Below are positions 10,794 through 26,709 of a stretch of DNA of 64,000 nucleotides, in pieces. Position numbers and translations under genes: made by a program. The notes beneath the pieces were generated by a model that saw only the letters and a list, made by a program, of their open reading frames with translations, was not told where the DNA came from and ran no database searches. The stretch is taken from assembly GCA_036867785.1 (NCBI GenBank), contig CP145415.1:1178001-1242000 (forward strand). The letters run 5' to 3'. Each line of letters opens with the position of its first letter. Position 1 is the first letter of the stretch. This DNA comes from Plasmodiophora brassicae (taxonomy: Eukaryota).

Positions 10794-11913
10794 ATGTCGC
10801 CTGTGTCCTGCGTCTGCCCCGATCGCCCTGGCGCGTCGTACAGCGTGTTCTTTGGGACCGTGTTCGGGGAATGGTTAGCGTGGCAATCGTGCGTCGCCCC
10901 CCGCGCCCGGCCCGGACTGATCCGCGTGTCTTCGCCTGCAGCCTGTATACCGCCACCGACTACATCCCGGTTGTCGCCGGCATGATGAGCCTGGTGTGCT
11001 GGATCTTTGCGTTGCTGCCGCAACTGCTGGCCAACTATCGCAACAAGGTCGGTCGAGTGGTGTCGTCTGCATGGGCGCTCTACCTACTTACGATGTTCGT
11101 CCTCGGCGTGGTCTAGCAAACGGAGGCGTTGTCGCCCATCTTTCTGGCGATCTGGCTGGCGGGTGACCTGTGCGTCTTCCTGGGTGCGCTGGTGGTCGAG
11201 TCCCGTGCGACAATGGTCATTTGCGGCGCCTACTTCTGCCTCAACGATATCTGTAAGGCACGATCCATTTCCGTTTGGCATTGGCACGCGGGTTGCCGAT
11301 GGTGTTGCCTCTGCCTGGGGTTGTATTTTGATCTGACTGCCCCGGTACCATGGTAGGCATTGTGTCGCAGAAGTTCATCTATCGCAAGCGCCCCGACGGG
11401 GCATCCGCCACCAAGGGCAAGGTACCAGCAGCCATCGCGCTCGCGGCGTGTACTCTTCTGCTGTGTGGGTCGATGGCGATTCCCGTCGCGCCCAGTGCGG
11501 AACTGGGCGGTCGGACACTGCTGAACGTCGACAGTCCCCGTCTGTGCAACGCGAAGACGGACAATGCGACGCGGATCGTCCTCGGCAGCATCATCGCCTG
11601 GTTCTCCGGCCTGCTCTACTTCTGCTCCCGAATCCCGCAGATCGTCCACATGATTCGCATGAAGAACCTTGACGGCCTGGAGGTCTCCATGTTCTCGTTG
11701 GCGGTCGCCGGCAACACGTTCTGCGGTATCCAGTTCATCTCCGATGCGGCCATCAACGGCATCCCAAGTGTCAGCCGCTGGTGCGCCGACACGCTGCCCT
11801 TCATCATTGGTAGCTCCGGCACGCTCGTCTTCGACGTCATCATCCTCTACCTATTCGCCAAGCACGGACGTGCCACAAAGGTATCCAAGTCCGACCTGGA
11901 GTCGCAATACTAG
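10794..11913 (+). CDS. PQ-loop repeat lysosomal/vacuolar amino-acid transporter (PQLC2/YPQ-like)
   Basis: Two PQ loops: WIFALLPQLLANYRNK..LSPIFLAIWLAGD and YFCSRIPQIVH...GLEVSMF..AVAGN. Multiple TM helices. Confidence 0.88.
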
Positions 11914-12358
11914 TGGACGGCCTAAACCGACTGACCTGGTGCGAATCGGCCCATTCTTGAACGCGATTCCGCGAACGGGACTCGTGCACGGTGAACTCTA
12001 GGGACGACCGGTCGCCATAACAAAGGTTTACTCGTATGCCATGGCTTCCGAGCATGCCGAACAACGACAGCACTTTGATGTCAGTATTGTGTCGCGCATG
12101 GCGAAGATGGGTGGAGCTTGCGCCGTCCTCCGCGCCAACCGATGACGAATGTAGCGCGATAGCACTGCTCGCCAGTACGGACGGCAGACGTTGTGAATTA
12201 CGAGAAGGTCCTCGTATATGTTGTATACAAGAGTACTAGCAGCGATGCCTGTTTGCGATCAGTCGCGTGGCGGCTGGCCTGATGCCGACGCGCGTGACGA
12301 GCGAGGCGTCGTCTGCAAGTCCGCGGCCCAATTCCGCAGCGAGGGAGGTGCGGCCGCG

Positions 12359-12631
12359 ATGGGGTGGATCATGTCAGCGGCCACGTGAGGGATCAGACTG
12401 CAATGACGATGATATGTGTGTGTGTTCTGGTCGGGACTCACGCCTGCGTGTAGGGATCTCATGATGCTGTCGGTGATGGCGGCCGGGGCGCGTCGCACGG
12501 GCCACCTGCGATTCAACCCGGACCGAGTGCAGAACAAGATGATGCGATCCCTTGTCGTGGCGTTCTTCGCGTTTGGCGACGCTATCATCGACACGGTCCG
12601 CGATATCGTCCAGGGCATCACGGCGAAATGA
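12359..12631 (+). CDS. Small protein, DUF1748-like
   Basis: One intron (GTGAG...GTAG) gives MGWIMSAATDLMMLSVMAAGARRTGHLRFNPDRVQNKMMRSLVVAFFAFGDAIID, resembling the fungal DUF1748 pattern (D..L.S..LAG.RR.TG ... GE..D) as recalled. Confidence 0.55.
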
Positions 12632-12713
12632 AACCGTGCGACGGGGCAATCACGTGTTGTTTACGATGATGAAGCGTGGTCATTGGGTGCCCTGTGCCGT
12701 GGTGACGACCTTG

Positions 12714-14696
12714 TTATTCCTGGAACCGCGAGTGGGCCTGATTGAACCAGTTCGGCGCGCCTTCGCCTATGCAATGGTTGTAGTCGAAGAAGAGCTCCTC
12801 GCCGGGCTGGATGTCGCGCTTCGCGAATATGCCGATGCGGTGGTCGCCTTTGATGACGACGATCCGGGCGCAGCAGTTTGGCGCATCGCTATGGTTCGCG
12901 TACTTGATCTTGTTCCCTTTGGAGCACGCGTCTGATGGGCGGCATCGCCGATCAGATCGCACGCGCGCGCGCAACATGGCAACCTTACCGATCACGTTGT
13001 CCATGTTCAGGTTGAACAGGTACGAACAGTCCCGCTTGTCGTAGGTGAGGCCGCGACGGTCGGCCTCCTTCTGCGATATCAGATCGCCGACGTATTCGGT
13101 GACGAAATCGCCCTCGCGGATCAGGGCGCCAGCAAACGCACCCCATCCGTGGATGCCGCTGGGCGCCAGCAGGATGGGCGATTTGCGCCGCTCTTGTATG
13201 CTGTCGTTCCGGCACGTGGAACCCATGCCGCAGATCCCGCATAGGTCCTTGTCGCATTCGCGGCCGGCCGCGAAACATGGGCACCGGCGCGTCTGGCATC
13301 GCTTGCTCTCCGCCGTGCATCGGCAGCCGGTGAAGCGTCGCTTGCAGGACGCATCGCACCCGCAGTACTTCTCGCAGAAGTGCCCGGCGTTCACACAGGC
13401 GCAGAGCCCATCGCCGGTGCACGGCCCGTCGTGGTCGCACGGTTCGTACCGATGGATTTCGTTCACGCGGCGAGGCAGCGAAGCCGCCGAGCGTTTCTTG
13501 TACCCAGACGCAGATTTCCGCTTCCAGGTTGGCACCTGCCGGTCGTCGTACGCGACAAACTCAACGCCCGACTGCCGGGCGAAACGTTCGACGTCGCCGC
13601 ATGATCGGCGGACGATGGGTGCGATGCGGCACCAGTCGCCGTCAAAGATCCGGACGAGCTTGTGGAACAGGGCGACTTCAGCCTGGGAAAACTCGACCGT
13701 CGCCTGCGTCGGGTCGGCCGAATAACACGACGTCGAACATGGCGACGTCGGCGGCAGCCTTACAGCACAGGGCACCCTCAAGCAAGGGTCCGAATCGACG
13801 GGAAGCTGTCGTGACCGTCGTCGTGGTTGATCGACAGGGTGCAACGGGCAGTTATAGACGAAACAGCGACGACAGAACAAAGCATGGTAGGAGTCCAGTA
13901 GGTCGTGTCCGCTCCTCGCGGCGTGCCCTGTTCCGTATCGCTCTGTCAAGGACCGCAGCGACACGGGAAGCACCTGTGCATGATAGTGGGTGGTCGATTG
14001 CCGACACGGCGGCTGACCACTGGCTCACCTGAGACAGGGCCGCGAGGATTGTTGGCGATCGACCGTGCCGCCCGATCACCCTTCCAACAACGTAGTCCGT
14101 CTCCTCGTCGAACCCGTCCGTCTCCGAATCGCAGTCGAGATCAAACAAATCCGTCTTCTCGACGTGGATGTCGTCGTTCTCGCCAAAGTACGGGACGAAT
14201 CGCAGCTTGGCGTCATCCGCCTTCGAATAGTTGTCCCTGATGCTCACGTAGACGGACCCGGCGGGTAGGGGATCCGCGAACTGGACCCCGGTCTCGACGC
14301 ACGGTGCCGTGTGCCCTCCGACCGTCTGTCGCAGAGATATTCGCTTCCCGGGTATGCCCTTCGCGTTGCGCGCCAGGGACGGGCGTCCCGGGGGCAGCAC
14401 GCGCGCCCTCGACACCCTCGACAGGTCGACGTCGATTCTCAAGCGATTGACTCGAATCCTATCGCGAACGTGATCAGCGGGCGGGCTAGGATCGGCGAGC
14501 GACGCCCATACGTTGTGGCGACGGCGTCGGGGTAGTCGATCTCGACGAAGCGCGCGCGATGCACGGCGACGTCGCGCGTCACCATGGTAATCACGTCGCG
14601 CGGGACGTCCACGTCCATGGCGTCATCCGCGACGGGGTCGGCGCCCTGCCCTCCCGACGCCGCCTGGCCGCGCTTGAACCGATGCGTCCGCATCAT
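12714..14696 (-). CDS. E(z): Histone H3K27 methyltransferase, Enhancer of zeste (PRC2 catalytic subunit)
   Basis: [25 protein letters not shown]-like segment, CXC domain (PCDHDGPC...FCEKYCGC...[14 protein letters not shown]), and SET motifs [44 protein letters not shown]. Start codon approximate. Confidence 0.95.
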
Positions 14697-15024
14697 TGCT
14701 CTCGAGCGCGCCGGCCGGGGCGACGGCGCGCCGCCACTGCGCGACTCCGATGCCTTTGCCTCTTTCAACTGTCAGGCACACATCCGCCACCGCAATCCAG
14801 ACCCGCAGGGGGCAACCCGCGAGGCCCAGACGCAATCTGGTACTTACACAGCGCGGTGGCCGGCACAACCAGCACGGAACTGCAGCGCAGCGCAGTGGAT
14901 GGGTCGGACTGACTTTAGGGCGGCAGCGTCGGCCCGTGGGCCTGGCACAGCGCCGCCCCAGTCCCACCACTGCTCGGCGGCCACGGACTTGGTGGAAAAC
15001 GGCCCGTGCGCGGCGTGTGTGACG

Positions 15025-15716
15025 ATGTCGACGCCGGCGCGGCGCAGGCTGATGCGAGACTTCCGGCGCCTGCAGAACGACCCGCCACAGGGCGTCACCG
15101 GCGCACCGAACGAGGACAACATCATGATGTGGAACGCCGTCATCTTTGGGTATGTCGTCGCCTGCCCGTCTGCAACGATCCGCTGAATGATGTCGCGCGC
15201 ACTGCAGACCTGACGGTACCCGACCTGTGTCACTGGTGCCCCTGTATGTGTCGTAGATGACGATAACGCTGTGTAGATACGCCATGGGAGGGCGGGACCT
15301 TCAAATTGACGCTGGCGTTCACTGAAGAGTATCCAAACAAGGCGCCGAAAGTGAAGTTCGTCACCAAGATGTTCCATCCCAACAGTAGGGGAATGCGCGT
15401 CCCTGCTTGCTGCCTGCGTTCTAATGCAATCTGCTGGTAGTCTATGCTGACGGCGGGATTTGCCTCGAGTAGGTCGTGCCCGGGCTGCCATCGCACGTGC
15501 CGCTAACGTGTGGGCGCGCGCTGTAGCATTCTTCAGAACCAGTGGAGCCCGATATACGATATCGCAGCGATCCTGACGTCGATACAGTCGCTGCTGACCG
15601 ACCCGAATCCGAACTCGCCCGCCAACCTGGAAGCCGCGCGCCTGTACCAGGAGAACCGCAGGGAATACGATCGCCGCGTCTGCGACATTGTCGAGGCCAG
15701 CTGGGATGCCGACTAG
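15025..15716 (+). CDS. RAD6: Ubiquitin-conjugating enzyme E2 RAD6/UBC2
   Basis: Spliced product [13 protein letters not shown]...[18 protein letters not shown]...[26 protein letters not shown]...PNPNSPAN. Four introns, including one on each side of an 8-nt microexon. Confidence 0.97.
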
Positions 15717-16005
15717 ACCGTTTGCGTCCGATGCGCTGCCCATCGTGCAGGCGCCCAGACTAAACCGTCACACGTGCACCTATACCTTGTTATACATGTT
15801 GCATGTATGGATATATGAACGGCCACCAGACCCGAACTCATTCTTGACGTCGGCCACGTGGCACTGCTGCAATGGCAGCGCTGAACCGCCCGGGTCCACT
15901 GCTGCTACCTAACGGGGCTTGTCGCACCCGCCGCTTGTGCCATATGGCCATGTGTGGATCCCTGACCGTGTATTGCAATGCAGGAACAAGGCCCCCGGGT
16001 GCACA

Positions 16006-19000
16006 TCACAGAACAGCGGCGACCACCTCGATTTGCTCCTGCCCGGCGTCGTCGTCGTTCACGGAGGCAGCGTGCCGGTCGACGACCTTGAAGACGGCCA
16101 CCTTCAGGACTATCACCGGACGTCAGTTGCCCGCATACGTGCAACGCCCTGCCAGGTCAGGATGTACTCACCGTCCTGGATGAGGAACCAGACCAGGCAG
16201 TACAGCCAGGTGAACCCGCACCAGCGCCCAGAGATCGGGGCGCCACCGTCGCCGAACGGCCAGTACAGCGAGAACAGTGTGGAGATGCCCAGGGCAACGC
16301 ATCCGGCTGCGAGCAGGAGGCCCCCCGGGCGTTGCGACAGGAACGGGCGCGCCTCCGTCCGGGCCGAGAACAGCATCATGAACTGGGTCAACGATATGCT
16401 TACTGCCTGGCACATTCACCGACCCGCACGTATTCGCAACCAATGCGAGTACGTACAGTAAAGCACGACGATGGCTTGCTCGAACGTCAGTGCCTCCAGG
16501 CGGAACGCCCTGTAGAAGGCGCTGCTGGCGTTCTTCCACGACGTCAACGCCAGCCAGAGCATGACGAGCGAGGACGCGCAGGCGACCAGGCCCAGGGTGG
16601 CGGCCATGCCCCACAGGCGCGGGATGTTCCACAGCAGAGGGCGCTTGCTCGTGTGCACCGAGTCGTACGCGACCGAGATGATGTTGCCGTCGTTCAGGAC
16701 CGTGATCGTCAGCAGCGTGATGACGGGCATGGCCCAGAACTTGGGGAACGACGTATCACCAGGCGGGCCGAGCTCGTTCGGGTGCATGGCCATCACGCCG
16801 ACGAAGAAGAACAGGATCAGCTGCAGGGTCGCTGCCACACGGTACGTCTATGGGCAGGAGCGTCACTCGCTCGATATACGACCAGGGGCCCGATGGCCCA
16901 CCGTACCAGGAACGAGTTCATCCGCGCGAAGATGCGACGCGCGATCAGGACGGCCTCGACGATGGCGCGCAGGCCCGGTGTTGTCAGGACAATGTCGGCA
17001 GCGGCCCGGGCAGCATCGGTCGCACCGTCAACAGCCTACAGAAACGTCGCTGAGCGCGCGCGCGAATGCAAATCGGGCGCGTGCGACCGACGTACAAAGC
17101 CGATGTGGGCCTGCTTCAGGGCGGGGGCATCGTTGACGCCGTCGCCTGTCATGCCCGTGATGACGCCACTCTGCTTCAGCGCCTCAACGATGATGAACTT
17201 GTGCTCGGGCAGCGCCTGGGAGAACCCGTCCGTGTTCTGCAAGCAGTCAGTGTCGACACGTCAGACAGACAGCGTTCACGCGCAAGCGCCCACCATGAGC
17301 ATGTCGCCGAGTTCGGCACCGAGCGTCTGCGGCAACTGCCCTTGGGTCTGCTTCAGGTCGATGCTGGGGATGATGCCCGACTTGCAGGACACAACACGAC
17401 TCTTGCCGAGCGATAACGTTCTGGCCATCTCCTGGGCGACCAGCTGGTGGTCGCCCGTGATCATCTTCACCGTGATGCCGTACTGCCTCGCGCGTTCGAT
17501 CGTCTCCTTGGCGTCGGGACGGGCCGGGTCCAGGAACGACAAGATGGCAACCATCTCCACCTGCCCCTTCTCGTTCGTCTTCGCCACGGCCAGCGATCGA
17601 ATGCCGCGCGCCGCCAGGTCCACGACGGCCAGCTCCACCGCCTTCCTGATGTCGTCCTTGTTGTGGCACAGACCCAGGAGGACGTCAGGAGCGCCCTTGA
17701 CGACCGTAAACTGCTGGCCATGCGGCGAGCGGACGGTGGACTCGGTGCGCTTCCGATCGGTGTCGAACGGAATGTACTCGATCTGGGTGAACGTGTTGCA
17801 CTTCGGGATGTCGGCCACGCCGAGGATCATCGTGTCCAGGGCGTCCTTGGCGGGCTCGTTCCACTTCGTGGCCAGTGCCGCATACAGGATGACATCATCC
17901 CTGGAGGTGCCCTCGATGAACGTCGGACACTCGTCCTGGACCTGCATCTTGTTCATCGTCAGCGTGCCCGTCTTGTCAGAGCAGAGCACGCGCATGCCGG
18001 CCAGACGCTCGATGGCGGGCAGGTTGGCCGTGATAGCGTCGTGCGCCGCCAAATCACGCGACCCGAGCGCCAGGATCGTTGTGACGACCACTTGGATCGC
18101 AATCGGGATGGAGGCGATCAGCAGGACCACGTTGAATGAGATCGCCTGAGCGAACATACCGGCTCCACCAACGACCAGTATGTAGGTCAGCGTGATGACG
18201 ACGACTATGACGGCAACTACGAGAAGGTAGAGAACGATGCGCAGGAGGATCTTCTCGAGATCGCCCAGCCTGTTGTCACTGACCTGGAGCAGGGCGGCCG
18301 TCTTCCCGTACATCGTGTTCATGCCCGTCGCCGTCACCGTCGCTTCCGATTCACCACGGGCGACCGTCGACCCCATCTTGGCCTCGTGACCGGGGTTCAT
18401 CCGTACCGGCATCGACTCGCCCGTCATCGCCGACTGGTCAATGCTGACGATGCCCGTGTTGATCTCGCAATCGGCCGGCACCGCCGACCCGGCCGACAAC
18501 GCGATCAGGTCGCCGGGCACCAGCAACGTAGCATTGATCGTCTGCCATTTGCCATCGCGTTTCACCTGCGCCGTCGGTCGCAGGCTTTTCTGCACCGTCG
18601 ACTGTGTCAGTGGCGTGCAGGGCACCCAGGTGAAGTTCGCAAGCGAACCTTCAGTGCCGCAATGGCGTTGTCGGCCTTGTTCTTTTCGTAGAATGCGAGG
18701 AACCCGTTAATGCACTGCAGGGCGAGGAGCACAACAACGTCGGCCCATTTGGTGAGGATGCACTCAATGATGATGGCGATCCAGATGCCGATCGGCATCG
18801 GCCCGATGAACTGCTCCAGCAGCAGGCGCCAGCGCGATTTGCGAACCTCGACCAGCTGGTTCAGGCCGTGCACCTTGAGAAGGTCCTCGGCAGCGCCGGT
18901 CGTCAATCCCTTGCTGTGGCCGGCCGATGTCGACGGCTGGCGTGAGATATGCGGCTGGTGTTCGTTTAGCTCCGCGACGTTGATCGTGCTTGAGGCGTAC

Positions 19001-19116
19001 CGCTTCAGCTGATCGTCGACATCGCGACGGCTGAGGTGGCTCGCGCTAAGGGCTCGTTCAGGGCCGCCCAGCCCATAGAGGACGACCTCCTCCTGGTCAC
19101 GACTTGGTTCCGCCAT
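16006..19116 (-). CDS. Plasma-membrane H+-ATPase (P3A), copy 1
   Basis: [67 protein letters not shown]. Confidence 0.95.
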
Positions 19117-19571
19117 CGACCTTCCCTTCCGGATTCTACGACCGACGCGGGCGCCCAATGATTAGCAGACTGATGTTAAGAATTCGGCGACCTAGCGTCA
19201 ACACGGACGTGATCGAGGTACGTCCAACGTTCCAGACCATACGGTGGTCACCTTGTCACAGTGGCCGTTCGGGACAGGAGCGCGAGCCACCCGGAATGCC
19301 ATGGATGGACGAGCGCCTGATTGGTCCGTTCCCGTAGAGGACACCTCCTTGGCGCCCAACCTGCTCCGCTGCCCAGCCCCCTGGTATGCACAGCCGCCGA
19401 TCTCGGCGTTATTCAGTGCCTGCCGCGCCGCCCGACCGCCGGCAGCACAACCAGTGCCGCATGTTGCAACAGCTGTCATCGGCCAGGGGCGATTACATGG
19501 GCAACCATACGATTGCTGAGACCAGTTGCTCGGTGTACTGTGGGGATGTTTACTTCACATACGGGTGGGAG

Positions 19572-22719
<3,148 letters not shown>

Positions 22720-22836
22720 GTCGTCAACAGGAATTGGGTGTCCGCAGCGTCGTGCTGGAACGAATGTGTCTGCCCCTTGTGCCGACGTTTGGACGTCACC
22801 CGGGGCGTGTGCCCTCGGAGATGGTTGACACCATCA

Positions 22837-22899
22837 GGCACGCGACACCTGCCGCGATGCTTCGGCACGCGACACCTGCCGCGATGCTTCGGTACGCGA
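22837..22899. repeat. 27-bp tandem repeat (2.3 copies) upstream of H+-ATPase copy 2
   Basis: GGCACGCGACACCTGCCGCGATGCTTC occurs twice exactly, followed by GGTACGCGA. Confidence 0.9.
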
Positions 22900-23186
22900 A
22901 TCGGCCAACACGAGAGAGCGTGCCCCATGGCACTGTCACGTTGTGCCGGGCCGCTTTCTGCCGGCAGCGTATCGCAATCATCCGGTCGACATTGATGGCG
23001 GTGTCCGCGGCAAGGGCTCGCCCCGGCCAGATCCGGCGCCCACCACCGACAACGGGAGCTGATCTCGGCCAACCCGACACTTGCTGTGAGCGGGACGACG
23101 CGACACGACTCAGGAGCAACCGCGGCGATGGCATATGATCGTTGCTGTGCGCTTAACTGTACTGTTTATCCCAGGTCGACACGGCT

Positions 23187-26100
23187 CTACAGGGCGTCCC
23201 ACGTGTCCGGGCCCATGCCGACGTCGGCGCTGCTGACGTCGTGCTTGGCAGCCCTACGGTCGGCGACCTTGAAGATGACGACCTTGAGAACTACAAGCAG
23301 TGGTGTCAGTGACACGACGCCCGGTCATCAGGCACCGACGACGTACAGTCTTGGATGAGGAACCAGATGCCGCAGTAGAACCAGACGAACCCGCACCACT
23401 GCACAGGGATCGGGGCGCCCTCGCTGCCGAACGGCCAGTACAGCGAGAACAGCGTCGAGATGCCCATGGACAGGCACCCAGCGAACAACAGCAACTTGCC
23501 CGGACGCTGTGACACGAACGGGTCCGGCCCCGTACGTGCCGTGAACAGCGTCATGAAATCGCTAAGCGATACCTTCACTATGTGGGGCAGAGCCAATCAG
23601 TCCTCGCTGCTCTCCAACACAAGCGAGGCTCCGTCGACTTACAGTACATGACGACAACGACCTGCTGGAACGTAAGCGCCTCGAGGCCGAACGCTTTGGA
23701 CACTGACGCGTCCGTGTCTTGCCACGACGTCAGTGCCATCTCGAGCATGACGAGCGAGGACGCGCAGGCGACCAGGCCCAGGGTGGCGGCCATGGCCCAC
23801 AGGCGCGGGATGTTCCACACTTGCGGGCGCTTGCTCGCGTGAACGCTGTCGTATGCCACCGAAATGATGGTGCCGTCGTTCAGGACCGTGATCGTGATCA
23901 GGGCGATGACGGGCATGGTCCAGAACTCGGGGAACGACGCGTCTCCGGGCGGGCCGAGCTCGTTCGGGTGCATGGCCAGAATGGCAATGAAGAAGAACAG
24001 GATCAGCTGGAGCGTCGCGGCCACACGGTAGATCTACAACACGAGCACGTGTTAGCGGGCCCCTGAATCGCTCAGTCGTTGACCGCTCCTACCAGGAACG
24101 AGTTCATGCGGGCGAAGATACGGCGCGCGATTAGGATGGCCTCGACGATGGCGTTCAGGCCGGGTTCCGTCAAGACGATATCAGCGGCGGCGCGAGCAGC
24201 ATCGGTGGACCCTTCCACGGCCTACGAAGCGGTTGTCAACAGGCGCGTTCGGATGTGTAAACACGCGCGATGGTAACATACGACGCCGACGTCGGCCTGC
24301 TTCAGCGCGGGGGCGTCGTTGACGCCATCCCCCGTCATGCCCGTGATGATGCCACGCTGCTTCAGCGCCTCAATGATGATGAACTTGTGCTCCGGCAGCG
24401 CCTGGGAGAACCCGTCCGTATCCTGCCAGGTCCACGTCAGGCAACAACGCTATCATCGTGTGATCCAGGTCCCTCACCATGATCATGTCGCCCAGGTCGT
24501 CTCCAAGTGTGTCCGGCAGTTGACCCTGGCACTCAGTCAGGTCGATCTCGGGGATGATCCCGGATTTGCAGGACACAACGCGGCCGTCGCCGAGCGCCAG
24601 CGTCTTGGCCATCTCCTGGGCGACCAGCTGGTGGTCACCCGTGATCATCTTCACCGTGATGCCGTACTTGTTCGCGCGCCTGATCGTCTCCTTGGCGTCG
24701 GGACGGGCCGGGTCCAGGAACGACAAGATGGCAACCATCTCCATCTGGCCCTTCTCGTTCGTCTTCGCCACGGCCAGCGATCGAATGCCGCGCGCCGCCA
24801 GGTCCACGACGGCCAGCTCCACCGCTTTCCTGATGGCGTCCTTGTTGTGGCACAGGTCGAGGACGACGTCAGGAGCGCCCTTGACGACCGTAAACTGCTG
24901 GCCATGCGGCGAGCGGACGGTCGACTCGGTGCGCTTCCGGTCGGTGTCAAACGGAATGTACTCGACCTGGGTGAACGTGTCGCAACGCGGGATGTCGGCC
25001 ACGCCGAGGATCATCGTGTCCAGGGCGTCCTTGGCGGGCTCGTTCCACTTCGTGGCCAACGCCGCATACAGGATGACATCATCCCTGGTGGTGCCCTTGA
25101 TGAACGTCGGGCACTCGTCCTGGATCTGCATCTTGTTCATCGTCAGCGTGCCCGTCTTGTCAGAGCAGAGGACGCGCATGCCGGCCAGACGCTCTATTGC
25201 GGTCAGTTTCGCGACGATGGCGTGATGGGCGGTCAATTCACGGGATCCCAGTGCCAGCGTCGCCGTGACGACGACCTCGATGGCAATCGGGATCGAAGCG
25301 ACCAGCAGGACGACGTTGAACGAGATCGCCTCCTTTACTTTCTCGAAGGAGCCGGCTCCACCGACGACCAGAATGTAGGTCAGTGTGATGACGACGAGCA
25401 CGACCGAGATGACGAGCAGATTGATGACAATGCGCAGGAGGATCCTGTCAAGGTCGCCCAGGCTGTTGTCGTTGACCTGGAGCAGGGCGGCCGTCTTCCC
25501 GTACATCGTGTCCATGCCTGTCGCCGTCACCGTCGCTTCCGATTCACCACGGGCGACCGTCGAACCCATCTTGGCCTCGTGACCGGGGTTCATGCGCACC
25601 GGCATCGACTCACCCGTCATCGCCGACTGGTCAATGCTGACCGTCCCCGTGATAATCTCGCAATCGGCCGGCACCGCCGACCCGGCCGACAACGCGATCA
25701 GGTCGCCGGGCACCAGCAACGTCGCGTTGATCGTCTGCCATTGGCCATCGCGCTTCACCTGCGCCGTCGGTCGCAGGCTTTTCTGCACCATCGACTGTGT
25801 CAGTGGCGGGCAGGACACCCAGATGAAGTGCGCCAGCGAACCTTCAGCGCCGCAATGGCATTGTCGGCCTTGTTCGCTTCGTAGAACCCGACAAAGCCGT
25901 TGATGAACTGCAGGGCGAGCAGGACGCCCACGTCGACCCAGTTGGTGAGGATGCACTCGATGACGATGGCGATCCAGATGCCGATCGGCATCGGCCCGAT
26001 GAACTGCTCGAGAAGCAGGCGCCAGCGTGATTTGCTTTGCTCGGTCAGCTGGTTCAGGCCGTACTCCCTCAGTAGATCATCGGCGTCGGCTGACGTCAAT

Positions 26101-26285
26101 CCATTACTGTGCCCGATCGACACGGACGGCTGGCGCGAACGTTGCCGTTGGCGCTGCCCGACGTCGGCATCGAGTTGCGCCTCGACATCATGGACGTCGG
26201 CCATGTCGTCTCCGCTGTCGTCATATTCGGGTGGTTTCAACTTCGCCACGGCAGCGTTTGTAGGGCCTCGCCGTTGTCCCTCCAT
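23187..26285 (-). CDS. Plasma-membrane H+-ATPase (P3A), copy 3
   Basis: Same motifs and introns as copies 1 and 2, with a divergent N-terminus ([10 protein letters not shown]...). Confidence 0.95.
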
Positions 26286-26643
26286 GCTGCGGTGACTAGG
26301 TTGGGCTGGCTTATTCCCTCGTAATGCAAGGTTATACAGCCAGGACGCTTTTTAAAACTGTGAGTGACATCATCGTACTGGGAAGCGCCCGTTGCCATAA
26401 GTGCACCGGTGATTATTCCGCGTGTGTCAACAGGCACGCATGCCTGTAGTGCTCACTGGCCAGTGGGGTGGCCTTGTCAGCTGTTCTGTCGGCGTGCGTC
26501 AACAGGGACAGTGTTGACACTGCATCCGCAGTGTGGTGCATTGCGGCGTGTGCCTATCTCGCGCGTACTTACATACGGTGTTCAGTGAATGACTCAATTC
26601 GCGGAACGTGTGGGTAGGTATTGCGACCTCTTCTGCTTGGTCC

Positions 26644-26709
26644 AGGAAGTTCCTGAGACCATGCAGGCAGGCGACCTGCCGCGTGCCTGCATCGTCCCAG
26701 GAACTTCCT
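26644..26709. repeat. Intergenic inverted repeat/hairpin
   Basis: AGGAAGTTCCTGAGACCATGCAGGCA (26644-26669) pairs with TGCCTGCATCGTCCCAGGAACTTCCT (26684-26709) at 24 of 26 positions, with a 14-nt loop. Confidence 0.85.

Noticed and set aside
22837-22899. 27-bp direct repeats as a CRISPR array
   Set aside because: No spacers, only two full copies, no cas genes, and a eukaryotic context.
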